The notes below the pieces were generated by a model, which was given only the letters and a program-made list of their open reading frames with translations, had not been told where the DNA came from and made no database searches. A stretch of 64,000 nt of DNA from an uncultured Clostridia bacterium (GTDB taxonomy: Bacteria; Bacillota; Clostridia; Oscillospirales; Ruminococcaceae). The stretch is taken from assembly GCA_944382905.1 (NCBI GenBank), contig CALWNU010000037.1:24392-88391 (forward strand), given 5' to 3'. Numbering within the stretch: the first letter of the stretch is position 1; every line of letters begins with the position of its first letter. Shown here one piece after another: positions 46,629-55,832 of this stretch. The translations under genes were made by a program, and so were the position numbers.

Positions 46629-46847
46629 TTATTTTTCCGGGACTTCCCCGATATTTTCCGGTTCCACAATCCGGTATTTCCCGGCGGCCAATTCGTTTAC
46701 GGCAATCTTGACCGGCTTTTCCGTCAGCACAATGTGCTCGTCCTCTGCTTCCTGCGCGATCTGGCGCGCCCGTTTTGCCACGGCGATCACCAGGCTGTAA
46801 TAGCTCTGGCCGTTTTTCAAGATTTCATTTACAGCAGGTCTTAGCAT
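46629..46847 (-). CDS. rpoZ: DNA-directed RNA polymerase subunit omega
   Basis: ..SYYSLVIAVAKRARQI.. is the omega core motif. ATG 46847 is preceded by GAGGTGG. Confidence 0.85.
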   Translation of the reverse strand: MLRPAVNEILKNGQSYYSLVIAVAKRARQIAQEAEDEHIVLTEKPVKIAVNELAAGKYRIVEPENIGEVPEK

Positions 46848-47451
46848 CCTTTTCCACCTCGTCAATAAATTCATTGAAATATGCTGCGGTGTGTTTGGCG
46901 GCCCCCACAATCTGTTCCAACTGGTCCACCGCCTGTTCCACCGTTTGGTTTACCACAATATAGTCGTACTGTTTTGCAGCCTCCATCTCCCTGGCGGCGT
47001 TGGACAGCCGGCAGCAGACCGTCGCCTCGTCCTCCGTACCCCGCCCGGATAACCGCCGGCGCAATTCCTCGAAAGACGGCGGCATGACAAAAACCAAAAG
47101 CGCTTCCGGGCATTGTTTCTTTACCTGCATGGCGCCCTGCACTTCGATTTCCAAAACCACGTCCACGCCTTCTTTTAAACGCTGTTCCACCGCATCCCGC
47201 GGCGTCCCGTAAAAGTTGCCGGCGAATTCTGCGTATTCCAGCAACCCGCCATTTGCCGCCATTGTTTCAAATTCTTCCCGGCTGAGGAAATAATAATGCT
47301 GGCCGTGGATTTCCCCTTCCCGCGGGCTCCTGGTCGTCGCCGAAACCGAAAACGCCGTGTTGGGGTGGCTTTGCAAATACTGCCGCAGCACCGTTCCCTT
47401 TCCCACGCCGGACGGGCCGGAAAATACAATCAGCAAGCCTTTTTCATTCAT
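46825..47451 (-). CDS. gmk: guanylate kinase
   Basis: [15 protein letters not shown]-loop, SATTR.PR.GE..G..Y.F, EIE.QGA. Confidence 0.95.
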   Translation of the reverse strand: MNEKGLLIVFSGPSGVGKGTVLRQYLQSHPNTAFSVSATTRSPREGEIHGQHYYFLSREEFETMAANGGLLEYAEFAGNFYGTPRDAVEQRLKEGVDVVLEIEVQGAMQVKKQCPEALLVFVMPPSFEELRRRLSGRGTEDEATVCCRLSNAAREMEAAKQYDYIVVNQTVEQAVDQLEQIVGAAKHTAAYFNEFIDEVEKDAKTCCK

Positions 47452-47707
47452 TGTCTTCCAGCTCCTCGTCTTCTTCATCGGACAACCGGTTCGCCACGGT
47501 CTCCGGCTGTACCGCCGAAAGAACGACATGGTCCGAATCGGTAATGATCACCGCCCGCGTCCTTCGTCCATAGGTCGCGTCGATCAGCGTACCCCGCTCC
47601 CGGGCGTCTTGGATGATCCGCTTGATCGGGGCGGATTCCGGGCTGACAATGGCCACCAGGCGGTTGGCGGACACCATGTTTCCAAACCCAATGTTAATCA
47701 GTTTCAT
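47444..47707 (-). CDS. remA: DUF370 / RemA family regulator
   Basis: [53 protein letters not shown] is highly characteristic. Confidence 0.9.
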   Translation of the reverse strand: MKLINIGFGNMVSANRLVAIVSPESAPIKRIIQDARERGTLIDATYGRRTRAVIITDSDHVVLSAVQPETVANRLSDEEDEELEDNE

Positions 47708-47727
47708 CTTTGCCCATCCTTTTTGCT

Positions 47728-48606
47728 CTATTCGATATTTTGAATCTGCTCGCGGATTTTTTCGATTTCGCTTTTGATTTCCACCACCAGCCGCGCCACC
47801 GCCAGATCCTGCGCCTTAGAACCGATGGTATTGGCTTCGCGGTTAAACTCCTGGATCAAAAAGTCCAGCTTGCGGCCCACCGGCCCGCCCTGTTCCAGAA
47901 TGGACCGGAATTGCCCCACATGACTGCGCAGACGAACCGTTTCCTCAGCCACGGCGATTTTTTCCGCATAGATCGCCGCTTCCGTCAAAATGCGCTGCTC
48001 GTCGATCTGGGTATTGCCCAGCACCTCGCTGATTTTATGGTACAGCTTGGCGCGGTATTCCTCCACCGTTTTCGGCGACTGCTCTTCAATCTGCCCCACT
48101 GCGTGCAGGATCACATCCAGGCGGCTTTCCACATCCTGCCGCATGGATTCCCCTTCTGCCTCTCGCATCTGCACAAAACGGGCCGCCGCCTCGTCCGCCA
48201 CCTGCTGGACCTGCGCCCAAACGGCGTCTTCATCCTCCGGCTGCTTGCTCACCGTAAACAAATCCGAAAAACGGGCAATGACGCTCAGCGACAGATCATC
48301 CTCCAAGCTGAGGGGCTCTTTGAGCTGGCGCAGCGCCTGTACATACGACTGGGCCAGTTCCTGGTTGACCAGCACGTTGGCGTCCTTTCCCTGCACCGTC
48401 TGGATGTTCACATTGACATCTACCTTGCCCCGGGACAATTTCCCCTGCAGATAAGTTTTCAGGCGGCTTTCCAAAAATCCATACGCGCGCGGGACCCGAC
48501 AGGAAAACTCAAAATACCGGTGGTTCACCGAACGGATTTCCACCAAAATATTCCGCCCGTCCACCAACGCTTCTGCCCGGCCGTATCCGGTCATACTTCT
48601 AATCAT
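47728..48606 (-). CDS. YicC/YloC family stress-induced protein
   Basis: [19 protein letters not shown]...........EI..+REQ.QNIE is the YicC N- and C-terminal pattern. Confidence 0.85.
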   Translation of the reverse strand: MIRSMTGYGRAEALVDGRNILVEIRSVNHRYFEFSCRVPRAYGFLESRLKTYLQGKLSRGKVDVNVNIQTVQGKDANVLVNQELAQSYVQALRQLKEPLSLEDDLSLSVIARFSDLFTVSKQPEDEDAVWAQVQQVADEAAARFVQMREAEGESMRQDVESRLDVILHAVGQIEEQSPKTVEEYRAKLYHKISEVLGNTQIDEQRILTEAAIYAEKIAVAEETVRLRSHVGQFRSILEQGGPVGRKLDFLIQEFNREANTIGSKAQDLAVARLVVEIKSEIEKIREQIQNIE

Positions 48607-48725
48607 GTCATAAAACCTCGGTTTTGAAAATTCTACCGGTTTGCCTCTTCCGAAAAAAGGACCTACAAACCCAGTATTTTATTATTCTACTATTTTTTCT
48701 GCTGTTTTGCAACGATTCCGGGAAA

Positions 48726-48760
48726 GAAAAAAGGGAAGCGGCAAGGCTTCCCTTTGTTTT
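48726..48760 (-). terminator. terminator after pncB
   Basis: GGGAAGC-N6-GCTTCCC with A/T tracts on both sides, immediately after the pncB stop. Confidence 0.7.
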
Positions 48761-48761
48761 T

Positions 48762-50219
48762 TTAAAACTGGCTATGGCTTTCCAGCAGACGGTGCTTGAT
48801 TTCCCAAAGTTTCGGGGAAAGGTCCACATAATACCGGTGTGGATTCTCAAACCGCTTCACCTCTTCCCACAGATGGTCGATCTGCTCCTTGCAGTAGGCA
48901 CGGATCTGCGGCAGGGTGGGCCGGTCGTAAATGCACTTGCCCTTTTCAAAAACCTGGACCAGGATTTTTTTGGCGGTGACATTGGTCAGCGTCTTCTTTT
49001 TCCAGGTGGCGTTCGGATCGAAAATCGTCACCGGGCCGCTGGTGTCCACGGTTTCATCAAATAGCGTCACATAATCCGCCACGGCCTCGCCGTCACTCTG
49101 GTTGTAAAACCGGTATACGGTTTTAAAATCCGGATTGGTGATCTTTTCCACCGTCTCGCTGATCTTGATTTTCGGGATCATGCGGCCGTTTTCTTCCATG
49201 GCCGCCAGTTTGTACACCCCGCCGAACACCGGGTCCGACTTGGAGGTAATCAGGTTTTCGCCCACGCCGAAGGAATCAATCTTAGCCCCCTGCAGCAGCA
49301 AATCGCGGATCAGGTATTCATCCAGCGAGTTAGACGCCACAATCGGGCAATCCGCATATCCGGCCTCATCCAGCATTTTACGGGCCTTCTTGGAAAGATA
49401 TGCAATGTCCCCGCTGTCGATCCGCACCCCCTTCGGCCGCTGGCCCATAGGCGCCAAAACCTCGTCAAACACGCGGATGGCGTTGGGAATCCCTGATTTG
49501 ATCACATTATAGGTATCCACCAGCAATACGCAGTTTTCCGGATACAGCTTGGCATACTGCCGGAACGACTCATACTCATCGTCGAACATCTGCACCCAGC
49601 TGTGGGCCATCGTCCCCACTGCTGGGATGTGGTAATCCCGGTCGGCAATGACGCAGGCCGTTGCGTCGCAGCCCGCGATATAAGCAGCCCGCGCTCCCAA
49701 AATCGCAGCGTCATAGCTCTGCGCCCGCCGGGACCCGAATTCCATAATCGACCGGCCCTGGGCCGCCCGCGCAATCCGGTTGGATTTTGTGGCGATCAAG
49801 GACTGATGGTTGATGGTCAAAAGCACCATGGTCTCCACCAGCTGCGCTTGGATAATCGGCCCTTTGATGATCAGCACCGGCTCGTTGGGGAAAATCGGCG
49901 TCCCCTCCGGCACTGCCCAGACGTCGCATGCAAACTGGAAGTTGGATAAATACTCCAAAAACGCCTCGTCGAAAATCCCGCGCCCCCGCAAGTACTCGAT
50001 GTCCTCCGGCGTAAAATGCAGATTCTCAAAATAATCAATCAGCTGCTCCAGCCCGGCGCAGATCGCAAACCCAGCGTCGTCCGGGATTTTCCGGAAAAAC
50101 ATATCGAATACCGCCGTCTGATCTCCTTTTCCCAGCTTAAAATATCCGTTGGCCATGGTCAACTCATAAAAATCCATCAGCATGGTCAGATTCTTGTCTG
50201 CCCGACCGTTGTGTTCCAT
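48762..50219 (-). CDS. pncB: nicotinate phosphoribosyltransferase
   Basis: ..LTMLMDFYELTMANGYF.., ..FGSRRA.., ..GTMAHSWVQ.., ..GVRIDSGD... ATG 50219 is preceded by GGGGGAAG. Confidence 0.9.
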   Translation of the reverse strand: MEHNGRADKNLTMLMDFYELTMANGYFKLGKGDQTAVFDMFFRKIPDDAGFAICAGLEQLIDYFENLHFTPEDIEYLRGRGIFDEAFLEYLSNFQFACDVWAVPEGTPIFPNEPVLIIKGPIIQAQLVETMVLLTINHQSLIATKSNRIARAAQGRSIMEFGSRRAQSYDAAILGARAAYIAGCDATACVIADRDYHIPAVGTMAHSWVQMFDDEYESFRQYAKLYPENCVLLVDTYNVIKSGIPNAIRVFDEVLAPMGQRPKGVRIDSGDIAYLSKKARKMLDEAGYADCPIVASNSLDEYLIRDLLLQGAKIDSFGVGENLITSKSDPVFGGVYKLAAMEENGRMIPKIKISETVEKITNPDFKTVYRFYNQSDGEAVADYVTLFDETVDTSGPVTIFDPNATWKKKTLTNVTAKKILVQVFEKGKCIYDRPTLPQIRAYCKEQIDHLWEEVKRFENPHRYYVDLSPKLWEIKHRLLESHSQF

Positions 50220-50294
50220 TTTTCTTCCCCCATTCCATCTCATTGCACTCACAATACAAACTGTCTGTCTGTATTATATTCCCATGACGAAAAA

Positions 50295-50333
50295 AAGCAA
50301 GAAAAAAGCGGGATTTCCCCCAAAGGATCCCGC
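50295..50333 (-). terminator. terminator after the Fur-family gene
   Basis: On the minus strand, GCGGGAT-N12-ATCCCGC followed by TTTTTTCTTGC. Confidence 0.65.
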
Positions 50334-50343
50334 GTCTCCTTGC

Positions 50344-50769
50344 TTATTGCACCTGTTGGCGGCCGTCTTCCGGCGGGACTTTGCACCGGCTGCAAATCCC
50401 GGAAAAGAGCACCGCATGCCCTTCCACCTGAAATCCCGTCATTCGTTCGACCATCTGATCCACCTGCCCGTCATAAGGCAAAAAAACATCCTCCAGCCGC
50501 CCGCATTGCCTGCACTGGATATGAGAGTGCGGCTGCATGTTCCCGTCAAACCGGTCGGCCGCATCATAGGTGTCGATTCTCCGAATCAGCCCCTGCTCGG
50601 CCAAAATCCCTAAATTTCGATACACCGTCCCCAAACTCAGCGAGGGGTAGGTCGCCTTGAGCTGTTCATAAATGGATTCCGCCGTCGGGTGGACCGGATG
50701 CTGCACAATGGCATTGTAGATTTCTTCCCGCAGTTTGGATTGCCTGCGCTCTTTCATCCTGTTTTCCAT
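50344..50769 (-). CDS. Fur-family metalloregulator (PerR/Fur/Zur type)
   Basis: wHTH (..HPTAESIY..L....P.LSLGTVYRNL..L...GLI) plus C..C ...C..C structural zinc site (CRQCG, CSRC). Confidence 0.85.
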   Translation of the reverse strand: MENRMKERRQSKLREEIYNAIVQHPVHPTAESIYEQLKATYPSLSLGTVYRNLGILAEQGLIRRIDTYDAADRFDGNMQPHSHIQCRQCGRLEDVFLPYDGQVDQMVERMTGFQVEGHAVLFSGICSRCKVPPEDGRQQVQ

Positions 50770-50789
50770 CCCTTCTCTATATTTTTTAT

Positions 50790-50818
50790 ATTATACCATA
50801 TAAGTATATTTTTTGCAA
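50790..50818 (-). promoter_or_regulatory. sigma-A-like promoter of the Fur-family gene
   Basis: On the minus strand: TTGCAA, 17-nt spacer, TATAAT. Confidence 0.6.
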
Positions 50819-50822
50819 GTAC

Positions 50823-51350
50823 TCAATGCGCAATCGTAATCTGAATGGGTTCTTCCAGTTCCCCCAGCAGCTGCAAAGAGTCCGGGTCGAACAATGCAAT
50901 CCGGCAGACGCCGGTATATTCCCCCTGTGCCAGCCGCACGGAAAGTTGGGCTGTTTGGATATGGCTGCCCGGCAAAACCCATCCTGACCGGTACACCTCT
51001 TCCCCATTCTCCAGCACATAGGAAATCTGAACCGGGTGACAGTTGCTCTGGTTGTTCTGAAAACATACTGTCCCTTCGGCGTCGCAGTCAGAAAACCAAG
51101 GCGCGGTATTGAGCTGATAGCGCAGCGTACCATAAGGCGTTGGATCCTCGTCCGGCCAATCCCCTTCCAGCGGGCCCGGCTTACAGTCGGCGTCGATTCC
51201 GTCCAAAACCGCCGATTCCCATTGCGAAGGGCTTTCCGCGCCGTTCCCCGCCAAGAAAACCAGCAAAAAACCCGCCAGGCCGAACAAAACCATTGCGCCG
51301 GCGCTGACCCAAAAAGTAACCCAGTTGTTTTGTTTGCTTGTCTTTTTCAT
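50823..51350 (-). CDS. hypothetical membrane-anchored protein
   Basis: MKKTSKQNNW followed by one TM segment (VTFWVSAGAMVLFGLAGFLLVFLA), then a ~140-aa domain with four Cys. No family recognised. Confidence 0.55.
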   Translation of the reverse strand: MKKTSKQNNWVTFWVSAGAMVLFGLAGFLLVFLAGNGAESPSQWESAVLDGIDADCKPGPLEGDWPDEDPTPYGTLRYQLNTAPWFSDCDAEGTVCFQNNQSNCHPVQISYVLENGEEVYRSGWVLPGSHIQTAQLSVRLAQGEYTGVCRIALFDPDSLQLLGELEEPIQITIAH

Positions 51351-51493
51351 CCGTTCCACCCGCCCGATGCGTTGCCGCAGCCAAATCAATCCTGATTATA
51401 CCGATTTTCTTTCCGGAACGCAAGGATAGGCGAATGCTTTTTTCTGTGTTACAATAAGGAAAAGGATGAAAGGGGGCGGTCGCCATCAAAGCG

Positions 51494-53224
51494 TTGTTCG
51501 TGGCGATCAATGCAAAGTATATTCATTCCAATCTTGCCGTGCGGTATTTGAAGCGGTATGCCGCTCCTGCGCTGGAGAATCCGCCGCAGGTGCTGGAATG
51601 CACCATCAACCACCGCGCTGACTGGATTTTGGAGGAAATCTTCCGCTGCGCGCCGGACGTGGTTTTGTTCTCCACCTACCTTTGGAATGTGACGCTGGTG
51701 TGCCAATTGGCAGCGGAATACCGCAAGCTGCATCCGGAAGCGGTCATTGGCGTTGGCGGTCCGCAGGTCAGCTATGAATCGGCGGCTTTTCTGGCCCAAA
51801 ACCCCGCGCTGGACCTGGTCATCCGCGGCGAAGGGGAACAGGCCGTCCGCCAATTGCTGGAGGCCATCCAGGCCCGGCAGGACTGGCGGTCCCTGTTGGG
51901 GCTAACCGTGCGGGACGGCTCGCAGATCCGGGAAAATCCGCCCCAGCCGCCCCTGGATCTTGCTTTGCTTCCTTTCCCGTACGAACCGGATTTTTCCGAT
52001 GCGCCGGACCAGATCAAATACTATGAATCCTCCCGGGGCTGCCCATTTCAATGTCAGTACTGCCTTTCGTCGATTGAACGCGGGGTACGCAATGTCCCAC
52101 TGGAGCGGGTTTTTGCGGATTTGACGCTTTTTTTAAATGCCAAAGTCCGGCAGGTCAAATTCGTAGACCGCACCTTTAACTGCGACATCCGCCGCGCCAT
52201 TGCGATCTGGCGGTTCCTGCGGGATCATGACAATGGCGTGACCAATTTCCATTTTGAAATTACGGCGGAACTGCTCACCCGGGATGCGCTGGATTTTCTT
52301 GGCACCATCCGCCCGGAGCAGTTTCAGTTTGAAATCGGCGTCCAGTCCACCAATCCCCGCACGCTGCAGGCGGTCCGCCGGCAAAACGACTGGCCTGCGC
52401 TTTGCGCGATTGTCCGGGAAATCAAGTCCTTCCGAAACATTCACCAGCATCTGGATTTGATTGCCGGTCTGCCTTATGAAAATTACGACTCGTTCCACCG
52501 CTCTTTTAACGACGTGTACGCCTTGGAGCCGGAACAGCTCCAGCTGGGATTTTTGAAAATTCTAAAAGGATCCGGCCTGTGCCGCGACCAGGAAAAATAC
52601 GGGCTGGTCTACCGGGACTATCCCCCATTTGAAATCCTATTCACCCCCGCCCTCCCCTTCCAGGATGCGCTGCGGCTGAAAGCGGTGGAGGAAATGGTAG
52701 AGCTTTATTACAACAGCGGTCGGTTCGTCCATGCGCTGCGATGGCTTTTTTCCATTCTGGACGACCCGTTCGCCTTCTATCAGGCGTTGGGAGAGCGCTA
52801 TGTAGCGCAGCAGTATCCCGCCCGCGGGATGACACTGGATCAGCGGTACGCATTCTTTTACCAGTTCTGCGCGCAAATCCCCTCGGTGGACGCTGGGCAG
52901 CTGGCGGAATACCTCAAACTGGATTACTGCCTGCATCAGCGGCCAAAACGCCGGCAGGAATGGTTTGGGTCCGCCTGCGCGCCTGTTTCGCGCCAGCAAT
53001 GCCTGGCGCTATTGGCCCAGCCGTCTTTCCGGGAGCGGTATTTGCCCGGCGACGAAACCGCCGATCCCAAACAGCTGTATAAACTGCTTGATTTTGAATC
53101 TTTCTGTCTGGATGTGCTCACAGGGGAAGCAAAGCCCGTTGTGCTGCTTTTAGACTACCGCCGGCGGGATCTTTTGGGAAACGCTCTGGCCCTGCCAGTT
53201 GTCCTGCCAGCTGATTCAGATTGA
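51494..53224 (+). CDS. B12-binding domain radical SAM protein with DUF4080-like C-terminus
   Basis: ..AINAKYIHSNLAVRYL.. N-terminus, ESSRGCPFQCQYC (CxxxCxxC), long helical C-terminal extension. The start codon (TTG 51494 / GTG 51500) is uncertain. Confidence 0.8.
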   Translation: MFVAINAKYIHSNLAVRYLKRYAAPALENPPQVLECTINHRADWILEEIFRCAPDVVLFSTYLWNVTLVCQLAAEYRKLHPEAVIGVGGPQVSYESAAFLAQNPALDLVIRGEGEQAVRQLLEAIQARQDWRSLLGLTVRDGSQIRENPPQPPLDLALLPFPYEPDFSDAPDQIKYYESSRGCPFQCQYCLSSIERGVRNVPLERVFADLTLFLNAKVRQVKFVDRTFNCDIRRAIAIWRFLRDHDNGVTNFHFEITAELLTRDALDFLGTIRPEQFQFEIGVQSTNPRTLQAVRRQNDWPALCAIVREIKSFRNIHQHLDLIAGLPYENYDSFHRSFNDVYALEPEQLQLGFLKILKGSGLCRDQEKYGLVYRDYPPFEILFTPALPFQDALRLKAVEEMVELYYNSGRFVHALRWLFSILDDPFAFYQALGERYVAQQYPARGMTLDQRYAFFYQFCAQIPSVDAGQLAEYLKLDYCLHQRPKRRQEWFGSACAPVSRQQCLALLAQPSFRERYLPGDETADPKQLYKLLDFESFCLDVLTGEAKPVVLLLDYRRRDLLGNALALPVVLPADSD

Positions 53225-53270
53225 CCGGCGGCGCTTTTGTGCTTGCCAAAACGGTACAAAGCCCTTGCAT

Positions 53271-53321
53271 TTTACATGGATTTTACAGATAGACTCAGAT
53301 ACATTTTACCTTTTCGTTACA
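53271..53321 (+). promoter_or_regulatory. candidate Pho-box array (PhoP-type direct repeats)
   Basis: TTTACA (53271), TTTACA (53282), TTTACC (53305) and GTTACA (53316): hexamer repeats at 11-, 23- and 11-nt intervals upstream of the Na/Pi transporter gene. Confidence 0.5.
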
Positions 53322-53377
53322 TAATAAGCTTGTAAGTGTAAGAAAAAAGGAAAATTATCGGGAAAAGTGGGTGCAAC

Positions 53378-55126
53378 ATGGATATTTTCTCTGTCTTTCA
53401 ATTGGCCGGCGGGCTCGCCCTATTTTTGTACGGGATGCACGTCATGGGCGATGGGTTGGAAAAACAGGCCGGCGGGAAATTAAAAACCATTCTGGAAAAA
53501 TTGACCGCCAAGCCTCTCAAGGGATTTTTGCTCGGCGCGGCGGTGACTGCGGTAATCCAGTCTTCCTCCGCCACCACGGTCATGGTGGTGGGGTTTGTCA
53601 ACGCCGGTATCATGAAGCTAAGCCAGGCAATCGGCATTATCATGGGCGCCAACGTGGGGACAACTATCACCTCCTGGATCCTCAGCCTTACCGGGCTGGA
53701 AGGCGACAGCCTTTGGATTCAACTGCTAAAGCCCACCACCTTCTCCCCTATCATTGCATTTGCAGGCATCCTTTTGATCATGTTCTGCAAAAAAGAGGGG
53801 AAAAAGGATTTGGGCTCGACCTTGATCGGGTTTTCCGTTTTGATGTTTGGCATGGAGCAGATGTCCGGCGCGGTGGAACCGTTGGCGGAAGTACCGGAAT
53901 TTACCAATTTCCTTCTGCTGTTTTCCAACCCGCTGCTCGGCGTGCTCTGCGGCGCGGTGCTGACCGCCATTATTCAAAGCTCCTCGGCCTCCGTCGGGAT
54001 CTTACAGGCGCTTTCCGCCACGGGCAGCGTCACCTTTTCTTCTGCCATTCCCATCATTCTGGGGCAGAATATCGGCACCTGCATCACCGCTCTGATCTCA
54101 TCGGTGGGCGCCAATAAGAACGCCAAACGGGCGGCAATCGTCCATTTATATTTTAACCTGATCGGCACCGGGCTGTTTTTGACCATTTTCTACACCCTCA
54201 ATGCGTTTGTCCATTTTTCGTTTTACAACCAGCCCATCGACCGCGTTGGGATCGCCATTGTGCATACCTGTTTTAACCTGCTGTCCACCATGGCGCTGCT
54301 GCCCTTTACCAAACTGCTGGAGCGGTTGGCATACCTGACCATTCGGGATACCGCCCGAGACGAAAATTTCCAGATTTTGGACGAGCGGTTCCTCGCCTCC
54401 CCTGCGGTAGCCATCCATCAATGCCAGAAGATGACCACCTCCATGGCGAAACTGGCGCAGCAATCCCTTTACCAGGCCATTGGACTGATCGGTGCGTACG
54501 ATGAAAAAATTGCCCAGTCCATTGAAGAGGGCGAAGATCAGATCGATTTATACGAGGACAAGTTGGGGACCTACCTGGTTCGCCTGTCCAGCAAGAATCT
54601 GACAATGGAAGAAAGCCGGGAAATCTCCAAGCTGCTGCATGTGATCGGCGATTTTGAGCGCATCGGAGACCATGCGGTCAATATCCTCAAATCCGCCAAG
54701 GAAATGCAGGTCAAAAAATTTGCTTTCTCTGAACAGGCGCAAAAAGAAATCGACACCATCTCAAAAGCAGTGGAAGAAATTGTCGATCTCGCCACCACCT
54801 CTTTTATTGAAAACGACCTGTACCTTGCTTCTAAAGTCGAGCCGTTGGAGCAGGTGGTGGATTCTTTGAAAGACGAGCTGCGCAACCGGCATGTCAAACG
54901 GCTGCAAAACGGCGAATGCACCATCAACAATGGATTTATCTTCTCCGACCTGATCACCAATTACGAGCGAGTGGCCGACCACTGCTCCAACATCGGGGTC
55001 TGCATCCTCCGGATTGCCGAGGACAGCTTTGATACCCACGAATATCTCAACCACATCAAGGACGGACATGACGATACCTTTGAAAGCCGCTACAACCGGT
55101 ACAAGGATAAATATTCGCTGGCTTAA
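53378..55126 (+). CDS. Na/Pi cotransporter family protein with C-terminal PhoU-like domains
   Basis: ..GGLALFLYGM..M...L... and duplicated ..QSSSA(T/S).. motifs of the NptA family; C-terminal PhoU repeats (..ERIGDHA.., ..ERVADHC..). Confidence 0.9.
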   Translation: MDIFSVFQLAGGLALFLYGMHVMGDGLEKQAGGKLKTILEKLTAKPLKGFLLGAAVTAVIQSSSATTVMVVGFVNAGIMKLSQAIGIIMGANVGTTITSWILSLTGLEGDSLWIQLLKPTTFSPIIAFAGILLIMFCKKEGKKDLGSTLIGFSVLMFGMEQMSGAVEPLAEVPEFTNFLLLFSNPLLGVLCGAVLTAIIQSSSASVGILQALSATGSVTFSSAIPIILGQNIGTCITALISSVGANKNAKRAAIVHLYFNLIGTGLFLTIFYTLNAFVHFSFYNQPIDRVGIAIVHTCFNLLSTMALLPFTKLLERLAYLTIRDTARDENFQILDERFLASPAVAIHQCQKMTTSMAKLAQQSLYQAIGLIGAYDEKIAQSIEEGEDQIDLYEDKLGTYLVRLSSKNLTMEESREISKLLHVIGDFERIGDHAVNILKSAKEMQVKKFAFSEQAQKEIDTISKAVEEIVDLATTSFIENDLYLASKVEPLEQVVDSLKDELRNRHVKRLQNGECTINNGFIFSDLITNYERVADHCSNIGVCILRIAEDSFDTHEYLNHIKDGHDDTFESRYNRYKDKYSLA

Positions 55127-55155
55127 CCGCCGGCATGGACAAGGGAGAACACAAA

Positions 55156-55821
55156 ATGATCTATATTGTAGAAGACGACCTGAATATCCGTCAGATGGAA
55201 AGCTACGCTTTGAAAAACAGCGGGTATATGACGGAAGAATTTGACGACGGCGCCTCATTTTTCGCCGCCTGTGAAAAACGGCTGCCTGATCTGGTGCTGC
55301 TAGACATCATGCTACCGGGAGACGATGGGTTATCAATTCTGCAAACGCTCAAATCCAATCACCGCACCCGGTTTATCCCCGTCATCTTGATTACCGCCAA
55401 AAGCACCGAGCTGGATAAGGTCAAAGGGTTAGACATGGGCGCAGACGATTACATCGCAAAGCCCTTTGGCATCATGGAATTCATCTCCCGGGTCAAGGCC
55501 GTGTTGCGGCGGACCAGCACAACCAGCGACGGCGTTCTCGCCTTCGGGCAAATCCAGATGGACGACCAAAAGCGGCAGGTGTGGTCCGAAAGTCGCCTGT
55601 GCGAATTGACCTACAAAGAATATGAGCTGCTGAAGTTCTTTTTGCAAAACCCTGGCATCGTTCTTTCCCGGGAAAAACTGATTAACCGGGTGTGGGGGAT
55701 TGACTACGAGGGAGAAAGCCGCACGGTAGACATGCACATCAAGACCCTGCGCCAAAAGCTGGGCAGCCAGGGCGCTTTGATCAAGACGGTGCGGAATGTG
55801 GGGTACAAAATCGAAGTGTAG
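55156..55821 (+). CDS. OmpR/PhoB-family response regulator
   Basis: MIYIVEDD..D...LD.MLPG.DG receiver domain; winged-helix output (LT.KEYELL..F..N...V.SRE.L...VWG..Y.G..RTVD.HI..LR.K). ATG 55156 is preceded by AAGGGAGA. Confidence 0.9.
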   Translation: MIYIVEDDLNIRQMESYALKNSGYMTEEFDDGASFFAACEKRLPDLVLLDIMLPGDDGLSILQTLKSNHRTRFIPVILITAKSTELDKVKGLDMGADDYIAKPFGIMEFISRVKAVLRRTSTTSDGVLAFGQIQMDDQKRQVWSESRLCELTYKEYELLKFFLQNPGIVLSREKLINRVWGIDYEGESRTVDMHIKTLRQKLGSQGALIKTVRNVGYKIEV

Positions 55822-55832
55822 GGGGCTTGTTT

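Noticed and set aside
47710-48627. 305-aa plus-strand ORF
   Set aside because: It is antisense to the YicC-family gene, whose N- and C-terminal signatures are clear.
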